64,000 nt of DNA, from positions 30,885 to 94,884 of the forward strand of contig JABCTZ010000018.1 of the NCBI GenBank assembly GCA_018238155.1, read 5' to 3'. A program made the position numbers and the translations under genes. Under the pieces are notes generated by a model. That model made no database searches. It had not been told where the DNA came from and saw nothing but the letters and a program-made list of their open reading frames with translations. Position 1 is the stretch's first letter; the number at the start of each line of letters is the position of its first letter. Shown in pieces: positions 20,681 through 31,061 of this stretch. This stretch comes from Candidatus Heimdallarchaeota archaeon. Its GTDB lineage: Archaea > Asgardarchaeota > Heimdallarchaeia > JABLTI01.

Positions 20681-21565
20681 ATGAAAATAAAGAAAATTTC
20701 AATGAAAGATGTTGTATTTAAAGCGGATAAGAACAACTCTCCAGTTTTAACCATAGAATCTGGTGAAATTGTTACTTTTGAATGCCGGGATGCATTTAAT
20801 CAAGTAATTAAACAACCTGAAGACTTACCAATTAATTTTGATATGGACCATATTAATCCTGCAACAGGTCCTGTTTTCATTAAAGGTGCGGAACCAGGAG
20901 ATACCCTCGAAGTTCATATACTAGAAATCGATGTGGCCGAACAAGGTGCTTGCTGTATTATACCGAATTTTGGATTTCTAGCATCAGAGTATCCAGAACC
21001 ATGGACAAGAATCATTCCTATTAAAGATGGACATGCAATCTTCAGTGATAAAGTAAAAATACCAATTGATCCTTTCCCAGGAACAATTATTGTTGCACCT
21101 GCTGAAGGATCACATGGAACGCTAATTCCAAAAGAGTATGGTGGAAATATGGATTCAAAAGCATGTAGAGTAGGGACAATTGTTTATCTACCAATATTTG
21201 TAGAAGGTGCTTTATTTGCAGTTGGTGACGTACATGCAGTTCAAGGAGATGGAGAAGTATGTGGCACAGCTGTAGAAATTGATGCAGACGTAACAATAAA
21301 ATTGGTTGTGAACAAAAAGAAGAAAATTGTACGACCACAATATGAAACAAAAGATCACTACATGACAACGGCCTGGGGTGAAACAACTGATGATGCAGCG
21401 AAAATTGCCCTAAAAGACATGATCGATTGGTTAGTTGTTGAAAAAGGATTAACTCGAGAAGAAGCATATGCTCTCTGTAGCTGTACTGTTGATTTAAGAG
21501 TGAGTCAATTTGTAGATGTCACACCAGGCGTAAGAGCGGTTCTCCCTAAGAATATTTTCACATAA
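20681..21565 (+). CDS. Acetamidase/formamidase family protein
   Basis: NPATGPVFIKGAEPGD.LEV, GGNMD, GDVHAVQGDGEVCGTAVE. Confidence 0.92.
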   Translation: MKIKKISMKDVVFKADKNNSPVLTIESGEIVTFECRDAFNQVIKQPEDLPINFDMDHINPATGPVFIKGAEPGDTLEVHILEIDVAEQGACCIIPNFGFLASEYPEPWTRIIPIKDGHAIFSDKVKIPIDPFPGTIIVAPAEGSHGTLIPKEYGGNMDSKACRVGTIVYLPIFVEGALFAVGDVHAVQGDGEVCGTAVEIDADVTIKLVVNKKKKIVRPQYETKDHYMTTAWGETTDDAAKIALKDMIDWLVVEKGLTREEAYALCSCTVDLRVSQFVDVTPGVRAVLPKNIFT

Positions 21566-21590
21566 AAAAATCAAAGCACGTTGATACTCC

Positions 21591-22009
21591 ATGCAAAGCG
21601 AATATTTTGGTTATTATAAATCTCCAATAGGCATCTTGAAATTACTATTGTACATCGTTCTGAAAATTTCAAATGTCTACCATTACTTTATTATCGTGTT
21701 TCTAATCTCGAGTCGATTGAATTGTTATGGCCTAAAAAAGTTAAAGAATTGCAATTTTCGGATGATAATAATTTGAATCTTCTGCTGGAAGGCAATACAA
21801 TCCTAAATGTAGATTTTGCCTTTGGTGTTATTCGTAGAAAACCAAATAATATGTTACTCGAAGAAAATACTAAAGAATTATTTGAAAGCATTATATTTGG
21901 CATAGGTGATTTAGTAAATGATAATTATCGTCAAATGTCAATTGCTGCTGGTGAAGGTATGCTTTGTACAATGAAGATCATTAATTTAATAACAAATGAA
22001 ATATATTGA
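21591..22009 (+). pseudogene. Chimeric remnant: Ogt-like N-terminus joined to a second copy of the 3' part of the TrxB-like gene
   Basis: MQSEYFGYYKSPIGIL, then from 21638 in another frame EITIVHRSENFKCLPLLYYRVSNL...RQMSIAAGEG, matching about 19460-19828. Confidence 0.75.
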
Positions 22010-22176
22010 ATTTGAGAAAAAATAACACTTATTTCTTTCTTTGATTACTTAGCTTTAAATAAACACCCTCCCATTTACTATATGTGAACATAAATGATTA
22101 CCAATATTAATTCTCTTTTTTTTGTAAAGTTTGCGGGAGAGAAATCACTAAAGATATAAATGGATATTACAATTCA

Positions 22177-22446
22177 ATGACCAAAGAGCCAGATTATTGT
22201 TCTTCTAAGTGTAATTTAATTCCTTTTCGGCATTATTTTCTACTGGCGACATTTATTATGTGCTCAGTTAATATTCCACTTATGATATTTACCATAAGAA
22301 GTTCTAAAGAATTAGATCCTCCAATTGATATTATTTTATCATTTTTTGGGATTACAATATATGTTTTTATGATTCTAGTTATTCTTTCATTTACTACTTA
22401 CGGATATTATGCAAATCATATATTTAAGAAAGAAAGTAAAAAGTAA
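22177..22446 (+). CDS. Small 2-TM hypothetical protein, possibly a truncated TM-RING paralogue
   Basis: Two hydrophobic helices; out-of-frame ICMMCKL just downstream of the stop. Confidence 0.45.
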   Translation: MTKEPDYCSSKCNLIPFRHYFLLATFIMCSVNIPLMIFTIRSSKELDPPIDIILSFFGITIYVFMILVILSFTTYGYYANHIFKKESKK

Positions 22447-22713
22447 CATGTCATTCAAGATGAATACTTGGAGAAATGCGTATATTTGCATGATGTGCAA
22501 ATTAATAATAAATCATTAAACACAATTAGCTTTGTTGATGTATTAACACAGGCTGGTGCTATCTTCGTGGAAAACAAGAAGAAAAAATGATTTTTTTCTT
22601 GTCCACTACAGATTCATAGCAATAAATTTGTTATATCCTGACTACAATGAGTAATTGACAAAAACTATTTATTTTATGTCGAGATGCAAACGTAGTTTAA
22701 TTTTGGAGTGTAC

Positions 22714-23420
22714 TTGAAATTAGTGTTAAAATTATTTGTAGAAAAAAATCATTATTAGTAATATTCTCTCTAGTTATATTATTAGGTTCATTTACTGCAA
22801 CACTTGCACCAGTAAGAGCTGAATATGCCATATACGCAGAAGAAGATGAATTAGATGCATTAGTCGTTAAGGACCTAGAAGAAGATGTAACTTATGTTTT
22901 TAATGCAACCTACAACCCAGCTTATTATAGCTTTGATCTCACCTTATCGATCCACAAAAGAACTGATTATTCAAATCGGAGTTTACTTTTTATTCAATAT
23001 ACACCAGGAGTTGGTCCTGAGAGCCTTGTCTTCGTTGCACCATATGATGGAGATTTCTATCTCGGTATTTATGTTAACAATGATGAAGATGGATTAGTAA
23101 CAGTTACAGTCATAGAACAAGGTACGGGCATCGAAAAAGATGTTGAATTTCAAGGAATTAGCGTTCTTTACACTTTAAGCTGGCTTTGGATAACTCTTGG
23201 AGTTATAGTTTTAGCAGCTATTTTTGTAAGTGTTTTGTTCATTATAATAGGTTTTCTATTTATTAGAAAACGGAATGCAATTGTTGCAAAAGCTCTTGAA
23301 ACTGGACAAGCATTACCAAGAGCAGGAAGAAAGAAGAATAAGTGTCCTTTCTGTAAAGTAAAGTTACCACTTGAGAGTTTAGTAACTTGCCCATATTGTG
23401 GTGCACCAATAACTGAATGA
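22714..23420 (+). CDS. Single-pass membrane protein (signal peptide, beta-rich ectodomain, TM, C-terminal zinc ribbon); start out of frame or non-canonical
   Basis: Frame is open 22701-23420, but the ORF track captures only the last 61 aa. Reads KKSLLVIFSLVILLGSFTATLAPVRA-EY...WLWITLGVIVL...CPFC..CPYC. SD GGAGTG 22705-10 precedes TTG 22714, which is one base out of frame across an A7 tract. Confidence 0.7.
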
Positions 23421-23459
23421 TTATTTAAAAACTAATCAAAAATTGATACTAAAATGGAA

Positions 23460-23870
23460 TTATGGCTTAAAAGTCATAGTCCATTTATCTTGCCCTTTCC
23501 ATGAATCAAATATTTCTCCAAATCCTTCTTTTCTCATTATTTTTTCCATTTCTATTAGCAATTCTTGCTGTAGTTTGTAATCACCCGTTTCTAGGACCTT
23601 TAGTATTTTATCCATTAATTCTTTAGCGGTCCATGGGAATTTTATCAAGGGAAATTTTTCCAACTCAAATTTGATATACTTTGGGTATGGAGATAATCGT
23701 CTATCATGCACAGCAAAAGCACAAATTAGAAAAAGGCTAATAGAAATTGCTGCTTCAAGACGAAAACCAAAAATGTAGTTATCTCTTAGGCACTTCATTG
23801 AACGATAAACTGCGTTGATGTACCCATCGAGATATCCTGAAATATATTTCTGCAAATGCTTTTTTGGAAT
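23460..23870 (-). pseudogene. 3' fragment of a helical (nucleotidyltransferase-associated-like) protein
   Basis: LDGYIN..YRS.K and PY.KY...EL...PL motifs. In-frame stop just upstream and no room for an N-terminus. Confidence 0.45.
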
Positions 23871-23923
23871 TTATTCTTTAGCTTTAAATAGCTGAAAAAC
23901 AAACAATATTTAGGGATTAATTA

Positions 23924-24853
23924 ATGAGAAGAAACAATAGAATTTGTCTTTTAACATTAGGGATTGTATTAGTTTTATTGATGTCCAATGGATTATCTAA
24001 GATAGATATTGTAAAAGCAGTCATTGAAGATAACACTACAACTCTTAGTTCAAATGGAAAAACAAAGCAGATTGTATCGGATTTTAGTGGATTTAAATTA
24101 AGTTGGCCTCGACCGCAATTTCTATACAATAATACCGATGATTACATCAGCATTCGTTGTAACGCTACTAACTATTTGTATATAACATATTTCTTAAACA
24201 TAAGCAAATATTGGATCAATGGTACGAATGCTGATTTTGAGATAAAGTTCGATTACGATTTTACCGAGGGAGGAACACTACTTAGGTTCAGTTTCTCCTC
24301 TGCATATACACTCACAGGTGAATCTTTAAGAAGTTGGTTTGATCTTCATTTACTTGGTTATGCTGATTTACGAGAGTATGATTGTCGAGTAGCTACAGAT
24401 TTTGCTGATTATCATGCAGCTTATAAGAATCATAAAATGGGACTAAAGAACTCTGCTACACTTTTCTTAAAGAAACAAACAAGCTCAATGAAATGTGGAG
24501 TTAAAGATAATGAAGGTAAAACAATATTATCAAGAAAATGGTGTTCTTTGGAATATTATATACCACTAAATTATATATTAATTACTTTTATATCAGATAA
24601 TATTGGAAATGAAGTTAATATTACTTCTATTGATGGGGTAATAACTTTACAAGATAGAAATTGGTTCGCTATGATTCTGGCATATAGAATAGCTATTGGC
24701 GTAGCAATTACAATTGTGGCTGTGCTTGTAGTAGTTATCCTCATCAGAAGAAAACTATCTAAATTCAGAAGAGAAGAAATCTATAGAAAATTGAATAAAG
24801 ATGAAATGTCAAAAGATGAATATATTGCTAGATTAGAGAAAGCTTTACAATAA
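23924..24853 (+). CDS. Hypothetical single-pass membrane protein with signal peptide
   Basis: N-terminal signal, beta-rich middle, TM followed by RRK and a short cytoplasmic tail. Confidence 0.7.
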   Translation: MRRNNRICLLTLGIVLVLLMSNGLSKIDIVKAVIEDNTTTLSSNGKTKQIVSDFSGFKLSWPRPQFLYNNTDDYISIRCNATNYLYITYFLNISKYWINGTNADFEIKFDYDFTEGGTLLRFSFSSAYTLTGESLRSWFDLHLLGYADLREYDCRVATDFADYHAAYKNHKMGLKNSATLFLKKQTSSMKCGVKDNEGKTILSRKWCSLEYYIPLNYILITFISDNIGNEVNITSIDGVITLQDRNWFAMILAYRIAIGVAITIVAVLVVVILIRRKLSKFRREEIYRKLNKDEMSKDEYIARLEKALQ

Positions 24854-24860
24854 AAGCTTT

Positions 24861-24969
24861 CTACTAGCTATTTTTTCCCTTTTTAGCTACTATAACAAGC
24901 AATCCCAGAGCTGCTAATGCATGCATATAATGTGATTAACCTAGAGAAACCTAGGGTGGCAATTGTTAT
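24861..24969 (-). pseudogene. Orphan decayed C-terminal membrane anchor
   Basis: ITIATLGFSRLITLYA / ALAALGLLVIVAKKGKNS*, with the frame broken by a TGCA duplication. Confidence 0.4.
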
Positions 24970-25132
24970 CACTTCTTATGGACAATTTGGATATGCTTCA
25001 AACAGTAGTAATTTTCAATATTTTAGCTATTTCTTTTTGAAGAAATTTCTAAAGAAGTAATAACGTACTGATTTTTGAACAGACCATTATCTATTAATAC
25101 AAGTCTCACTTATCAAAATATAGTGATTATAG

Positions 25133-26725
25133 ATGATGATTAAAAAAAAATTCACTTTTATATTGGTAGCTTTCATTATCCCTAGTTTGCTGTTTAGCAA
25201 CAATAATCTTGGAAATGTTTTAGCTAAAGCAAATGAAGATTTTGGTAATACAACCTTTGCACCAAAGAATATGCTTGGTTCAGAAGATGCTTCATTTGAT
25301 ACTCATGTTGGATTGTATTCATTTGAATACTTGGATGGATTCATCTATGGTGTTGATGGCTCTTCAAGCAATCTCTATGTTTTTGATGTTGCTACAGGAA
25401 CTAGCACAGCAAATATCTCAATATCTTTCATTTCACAAGGTATCACTACAGATGGTACTAATTTGTATCTTTCTTATTACGCATTAGGAGCAAAAAATGG
25501 TTCGATAATTAAAATGGATACATCAGGAGTTGAGATTTCAAGAATACATGTAGATATTTACGATGAGCATATCGGAGGATTAGCTTGGGATGGTACTAAT
25601 CTCTGGGGTTATGAAACTGCTTCAATGAGTCTTCTACGAATAAATCCAAATACAGGCGATGCGTCTACAAATATTTCTGTTTCAAATATTTTGCGCGGTA
25701 TTACTTGGTATGATAATAAAATCTGGACTGTTGCTTTTTTTATTGATCGCGTTATAGCCTTTGATCCTTTAACAGGAGCATACTCAGATGGATATGCAAG
25801 TCCATTCCATCATGATTCAGGAATAACCAATAATGGTACACATATGTTTCAAAGTGATTACTTAACTGAGCTAAGAATTGCAATAACAGAATTACATACT
25901 GATCCCGGTGAAGTATTTCTAAGACAAGAGATATTTGCGTCGACAAACTTAGATATAACATTTACTGATGAATTCTATTTTATCACTGCAAATTATTCTT
26001 CACTTATCTATAGATTTGATAGATCAAATCTCTACAATGGTATTTGGGCTGTTCCATTTCAGCCAGCAGGAATAACAGCTATAGATGAAAATACTTTATT
26101 AATAGCTCAAGAGGAAGCACCCTACAATTTATTCACATACACAACAAGTGGAACATTAGTGGCTAATCATACTGCATTAGATGTTATGATTGTCTCTCTA
26201 ACTTTTGATGGAACAAACATCTGGGCTCTGGGTCATGATAGTATCTTGTATAAAATTAATGCATTCGATATGACAATAGTTGCTGAATATTCATTTGAAA
26301 ACTTCCAAGGAATAGCATTTGATAGTAATCAAAATATAATATGGGCAACCTCAAGAGCAGAAGATAAGATAAAATATTTTGATCCGGAAAAAGAAGAAAT
26401 CGGTAATGCAACAATTAACCTTGAAGCACCTGTTAATGGATTTGAATCAGGTTTGACTTATACTGGTGACTATATTGTTTTAATGTCATATTATTCAGGA
26501 AAAGCTTATTATTACGAAATAATTCCTATTGAAAAAGATGCAGAACCGACACCAACACCAACACCTACGCCCACTCCAACGCCAACAGATAGTACAACTC
26601 CTCCATCAGGTTTATTCCCAGGACTAAAGCCTCTCTATGAAGACTTGATTTTTCTTGGAATCGGTATAATAGGAACAGGTATGATTGCGACTATTATAAT
26701 TATTATAGTTAAAAAGAAAAACTAA
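25133..26725 (+). CDS. Surface protein with tandem beta-propeller repeats (GLAWDG-type), PT linker and C-terminal TM
   Basis: Repeats GITTDGTNLY, GLAWDGTNLW, SLTFDGTNIW; (PT)n linker; tail IIIIIVKKKN. Confidence 0.78.
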   Translation: MMIKKKFTFILVAFIIPSLLFSNNNLGNVLAKANEDFGNTTFAPKNMLGSEDASFDTHVGLYSFEYLDGFIYGVDGSSSNLYVFDVATGTSTANISISFISQGITTDGTNLYLSYYALGAKNGSIIKMDTSGVEISRIHVDIYDEHIGGLAWDGTNLWGYETASMSLLRINPNTGDASTNISVSNILRGITWYDNKIWTVAFFIDRVIAFDPLTGAYSDGYASPFHHDSGITNNGTHMFQSDYLTELRIAITELHTDPGEVFLRQEIFASTNLDITFTDEFYFITANYSSLIYRFDRSNLYNGIWAVPFQPAGITAIDENTLLIAQEEAPYNLFTYTTSGTLVANHTALDVMIVSLTFDGTNIWALGHDSILYKINAFDMTIVAEYSFENFQGIAFDSNQNIIWATSRAEDKIKYFDPEKEEIGNATINLEAPVNGFESGLTYTGDYIVLMSYYSGKAYYYEIIPIEKDAEPTPTPTPTPTPTPTDSTTPPSGLFPGLKPLYEDLIFLGIGIIGTGMIATIIIIIVKKKN

Positions 26726-26746
26726 TCTCTAAAACTTATCTAATAA

Positions 26747-26771
26747 TGGATGAGGCGAAAAGTTTCATCCA
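26747..26771. terminator. Hairpin between convergent genes
   Basis: TGGATGAGGC-GAAAA-GTTTCATCCA. Confidence 0.5.
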
Positions 26772-26811
26772 ACATTTTATTTTATGGAAATTTTCCAGAA
26801 TTTGTGAACAT

Positions 26812-27732
26812 TTATCCATCAGCTAAATCTTCTTGTGTTGTGGTAATACTTTTTCGTGCAATCCTTTTTGCTACTTGGTAGCTATTTTCAAGCAACCTCT
26901 TAAGATTTTCACCATTTATTATATATGGAGAATCATCTATTTCTGACCAGATATTAGCAGAGACTGTTTCAATTTCTGAATTAGTGTTTGCTTCATAATT
27001 ATTTCTTTCATGTGAATATAACTCACTTACAAGATTATCTAATGATGAATTTTCTGACAAACCCATCTCTCTTTTGTATACATCTGAAATAATTCTAACA
27101 CCAACACGAGTAATTGTAGATGTATCATTCGCGAGAGTATTACGCTTTACACGAAATATCTCAAAAAGCTCTTCCTTGGTTTTTCCACGCAATTTAAACA
27201 ATATAAATGGATCTTTATTTAACATATCAGCTAAAATAAGTAAAACAGCAGCAGAATGTTTACAAGGATTTGCCCAATCTGCACAATTACAACCTGCTCG
27301 TAAATCTTGTTCCATAAATGGAATCAATGAAGTATTTCTTTTAGTAAAAATTTCATTGACTTGTTCTGGAAGTTTATTAGCTAGTAATTTTGCAATAAGA
27401 TAAGCATTTGAAACAATTTCCGTTAGAATGTCTCCCCAAATCTCTTCTGAAATGATATTCACTTCAATACGTATAAGATAAGGTTTTAAACGCTCACCTT
27501 GAACTTTTGCTATGATGAACCCTTTCTGCACCTTGATGTAAATCACTTGGCTGTTCTTAGCAACATTTTTTCCTTGGGTCAATCTATTTCCAGATTCAAG
27601 TTTTTCAATCAATTCTATCCATTGCTCTGTCCACCAATTTCGACTTTCATCTACCTTGTTAAGTTTGAGACCATCTTTTACTTGCCGTGTTTTGGTTAGA
27701 AATCGTTTAACTCTTTTATCATCGTCTTGCAA
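26812..27732 (-). CDS. SWIM zinc-finger protein (SNF2-associated)
   Basis: RL..G, AKVQG...PY, CNCADWANPCKH, DPF.LF.LRG. Confidence 0.88.
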   Translation of the reverse strand: MQDDDKRVKRFLTKTRQVKDGLKLNKVDESRNWWTEQWIELIEKLESGNRLTQGKNVAKNSQVIYIKVQKGFIIAKVQGERLKPYLIRIEVNIISEEIWGDILTEIVSNAYLIAKLLANKLPEQVNEIFTKRNTSLIPFMEQDLRAGCNCADWANPCKHSAAVLLILADMLNKDPFILFKLRGKTKEELFEIFRVKRNTLANDTSTITRVGVRIISDVYKREMGLSENSSLDNLVSELYSHERNNYEANTNSEIETVSANIWSEIDDSPYIINGENLKRLLENSYQVAKRIARKSITTTQEDLADG

Positions 27733-27744
27733 TCAGTGATCACC

Positions 27745-30700
27745 TCAATGTATTGTTCTTAAACTTAGAACACTCCTTAGATCGTCTATGGATAGCTCAG
27801 TCAAATATGACCCTCCAGAAGAAATAACTGCATTTGCTAGACCAATTTTTTTCTTGATCAAATGGTCAATACTTTCTTCTAGTGTACCTATACAAACAAA
27901 TTTGTGAACCATTACATTCTTCTTTTGACCAATTCTAAATACTCTGTCTGTTGCTTGATTTTCAACTGCGGGGTTCCACCAACGATCTATATGAAAAACA
28001 TGATTTGCACTTGTTAAGTTCAAGCCAACTCCTCCCGCTTTGATTGAAAGAATAAATAATTTTGGACTTTCAGGATTATCTTCGTCTTGGAATGCTTGAA
28101 TCATTTTCTCGCGATTCTTCTGTGAAGTATCTCCTGATAAAAACAATGGTTCTATATCAAATTTATTCTTGAGATAAATTTTCAACATTTTACCAAGTTC
28201 TTTGTACTGTGTGAAAATCAATGCTTTTTCACTATTTGAAAGAACTTCTTCAAGCATTTCCTCTAATCGTTCAAATTTACAAGAACGGTTGTTTAATTTC
28301 TTTGACCCTTCGTGCATGAACTGTGCTGGATGATTGCAAATTTGCTTTAATTTCGTGATTGTAGCTAATACTAATCCTTTTCTTTGAATTCCTTGAACAG
28401 TATTTAATTGTTCAAATAGATCTTTAATGACGGCCTCATAGAGGATTGCTTGCTCTTCTGTTAGAGAACAGTAGACATTATATTCCATCTTCTCAGGCAA
28501 ATCATTAATTATTGATTTGTCAGTTTTCAATCGTCTCAGTAAGAACGGTTGAATTATTTTTGATAGGTGGTTGATCTTATTTTTGTCGAAATTTTTCTCA
28601 ATTGGTTGAATGTAGTTTTCGTTAAAAGCATTTAATGAGCTGAGATATCCGGGATTGATGAAATCAATAATTGACCATAATTCGGATAAACGATTTTCAA
28701 TCGGTGTTCCAGTAAGTGCAATCTTATATTTGCTTTCTAGTTTTTTAATAGCACGAGTTTGTTTTGCATGTGGATTCTTAATATTCTGTGCTTCATCAAG
28801 AATAATGTTATACCATTTCATTGTTGATAATGTTGAAAAGTCTCGCTGTGCTAAATTGTAAGTAGTAATAACAATATCATATGTCTCGAGTGTCCTTTCA
28901 AATTCTTCACAATTTGGTCTTTCAGGTCCATGATAGATTAGAGCCTTTAAACTAGGAGCAAAGCGATTAATCTCTCGTAACCAGTTACCAACAATGGATG
29001 TTGGGCAAATTAAGAGAGAAGGATTCATAGTTGTAGTCTTTTGATTTTTAGTACGCAATAATAGAGCGATTAATTGAATTGTTTTCCCAAGACCCATATC
29101 GTCTGCAAGACAAATACCAAAACCGTAATCTTGAAGAAAATGCATCCATGAAAAGCCTTCAATCTGATATGGCCGTAATTCCCCTTGAAAGTTTTCAGGA
29201 GTTGAAAGTAATTCTATTTTATTTGAACCACCAATTCTCTTAGTAAAATACCGAAATGCTGGTGTTTCATCCATTGAGAATTCAAATAGTGAATCAATAT
29301 CAGGGTCCTCTGTTATTGCAATCTGTAAAGCTTCTGCAGAGGAAATCAGCTTTCTTTGATATCTGTTTTTGATTATATCAAGCATCTGATTGATTCTATC
29401 TTGATCAATTTTTATCCATTGACCCCGTATTCTAACGAATGGTACTCGTAGTTCAGCTAATTTCTCAAATTCCTCAATTGATAGCTGAGTTCCATCTATT
29501 GCTATTTCCCACTCAAATTTCAAGAAAGAATTTAACCTGAACATATCAGTATTTGTTTTTGAGCCTACATTGTTAGGTTCTACTTTTAATAATAGGTCGA
29601 CATCTTTTGGTGGATTTTTCCACCAAGCAGGTAACAGTACTCCAAAACCTTGATCCTCCAATATTTGGGAGTAATTTTCTAAAAAGTCAAAAGCCTCATC
29701 CTTTTCAATAACAAGCTCAGTTGGAAATGCTCTTTGAAGGCTTTCCTCAATCTTCGGATAAATACTCGAGACTCTTCCTAGATCTATGAGCAACCTTTCT
29801 TGGGGGTTCTCAAACCTCTTCTCAAGAAAAGCAATCGTTCCAGTCTTACTATTCCAAATATCTTTTGCCGGGATAATTAAGCTAGGATCATTCTGTGCTT
29901 GTAGATGATATTCAAGCTTCCAAATGGATTCATCCATATCTGATATTTCTTCTTCACTTGGAGGAGTTAGTTTTAAAGATAATCTAAAAGGGTTAGCATT
30001 TTTTTCTGGAAGAATTTTATTCAACCAAGCATTTAGCGTACCCAAAAAAACATCAAATTCATTTGAAGAATAAGTTACTAACATTTTATCAGAGTCAAAT
30101 AGAGATTGAAACCAGTCTCGAGCAATTTCAGAAGTTTGAATGTTAATATCATTTCTATATTTCGGAAGAAAGACACCAAGTTTATTTCTGATAAAAGAAT
30201 CTAGTAGTGAATTAATAAATGAAAGAATTTGATTTCTTGCTGCAAGAAAATCTGATGTATCAGTAAAGTTATTGTCAATTAATTCTTGTGAAAAGGTTAC
30301 TATTTTTGACTCACCCTTCAAGTCCAATATCGCTTTCCACATACCAAGGAAGCTAGTTTCAGTTCTATTTCTTTTTTCAATATGGACGAAGGGAATGAAT
30401 TTTTCTTTAGCAATAATCTCTAAAACGAATTTTGCAATTTTCAACCAAAATTTAGTTGAGTCGCTTAGCGAGAAATAATCCAATTTATTTTCCAATTGCT
30501 GTAATAAGAAATCCATTATCTCGAGAGGAGGAATGGTTAGAGCTTCTACTTCGAAATTTTTATTTGAATGATTTATGGTAATTGTACTTGCTTTTGTGGC
30601 TACAAAATTAATATCATCCAAACCGGCTATTCGCAATATTTTCAGAATTTGGTTGATGTTTCTAGCATTGGGGTATATTGTTGAGTTAGCAATAGTTCGT

Positions 30701-30816
30701 TTATCAGTTCGAAACTCCTTTCTTCCGAATAGTGAATCAAATGTTTCAACCCAGATATAGAAATTATCCTTATCCCAAACTGAATGAACTAATTCCAAAA
30801 CACAAGCTCCTAACAT
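27745..30816 (-). CDS. SNF2/Rad54-family ATPase with long N-terminal (DUF3670-like) region
   Basis: LRPYQ, LADDMGLGKT, DEAQ, ALTGTPIEN, GGVGLNL, WWNPAVENQATDR.FRIGQ. Confidence 0.93.
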   Translation of the reverse strand: MLGACVLELVHSVWDKDNFYIWVETFDSLFGRKEFRTDKRTIANSTIYPNARNINQILKILRIAGLDDINFVATKASTITINHSNKNFEVEALTIPPLEIMDFLLQQLENKLDYFSLSDSTKFWLKIAKFVLEIIAKEKFIPFVHIEKRNRTETSFLGMWKAILDLKGESKIVTFSQELIDNNFTDTSDFLAARNQILSFINSLLDSFIRNKLGVFLPKYRNDINIQTSEIARDWFQSLFDSDKMLVTYSSNEFDVFLGTLNAWLNKILPEKNANPFRLSLKLTPPSEEEISDMDESIWKLEYHLQAQNDPSLIIPAKDIWNSKTGTIAFLEKRFENPQERLLIDLGRVSSIYPKIEESLQRAFPTELVIEKDEAFDFLENYSQILEDQGFGVLLPAWWKNPPKDVDLLLKVEPNNVGSKTNTDMFRLNSFLKFEWEIAIDGTQLSIEEFEKLAELRVPFVRIRGQWIKIDQDRINQMLDIIKNRYQRKLISSAEALQIAITEDPDIDSLFEFSMDETPAFRYFTKRIGGSNKIELLSTPENFQGELRPYQIEGFSWMHFLQDYGFGICLADDMGLGKTIQLIALLLRTKNQKTTTMNPSLLICPTSIVGNWLREINRFAPSLKALIYHGPERPNCEEFERTLETYDIVITTYNLAQRDFSTLSTMKWYNIILDEAQNIKNPHAKQTRAIKKLESKYKIALTGTPIENRLSELWSIIDFINPGYLSSLNAFNENYIQPIEKNFDKNKINHLSKIIQPFLLRRLKTDKSIINDLPEKMEYNVYCSLTEEQAILYEAVIKDLFEQLNTVQGIQRKGLVLATITKLKQICNHPAQFMHEGSKKLNNRSCKFERLEEMLEEVLSNSEKALIFTQYKELGKMLKIYLKNKFDIEPLFLSGDTSQKNREKMIQAFQDEDNPESPKLFILSIKAGGVGLNLTSANHVFHIDRWWNPAVENQATDRVFRIGQKKNVMVHKFVCIGTLEESIDHLIKKKIGLANAVISSGGSYLTELSIDDLRSVLSLRTIH

Positions 30817-31061
30817 TCTTTAATGTGGAATACAGTATTCGCTCTTTTATTACTTAAATGCAAGTAAGATTTACATATTGTACAGAAAAATAATGAGATT
30901 CAACAATTATTATATTCACATAGCTGAGGTTGTAAAGTAGAAAACAAAAAAAAGAGTGGTTTCAAAATTCTTCTCTAAAGAATTGCATAGTTGATTGTTA
31001 TTTTATTGTATTATTAGACTAGTAGGAATTTTGAAAGCCTTTTTCTTGCAACAATATCGAC

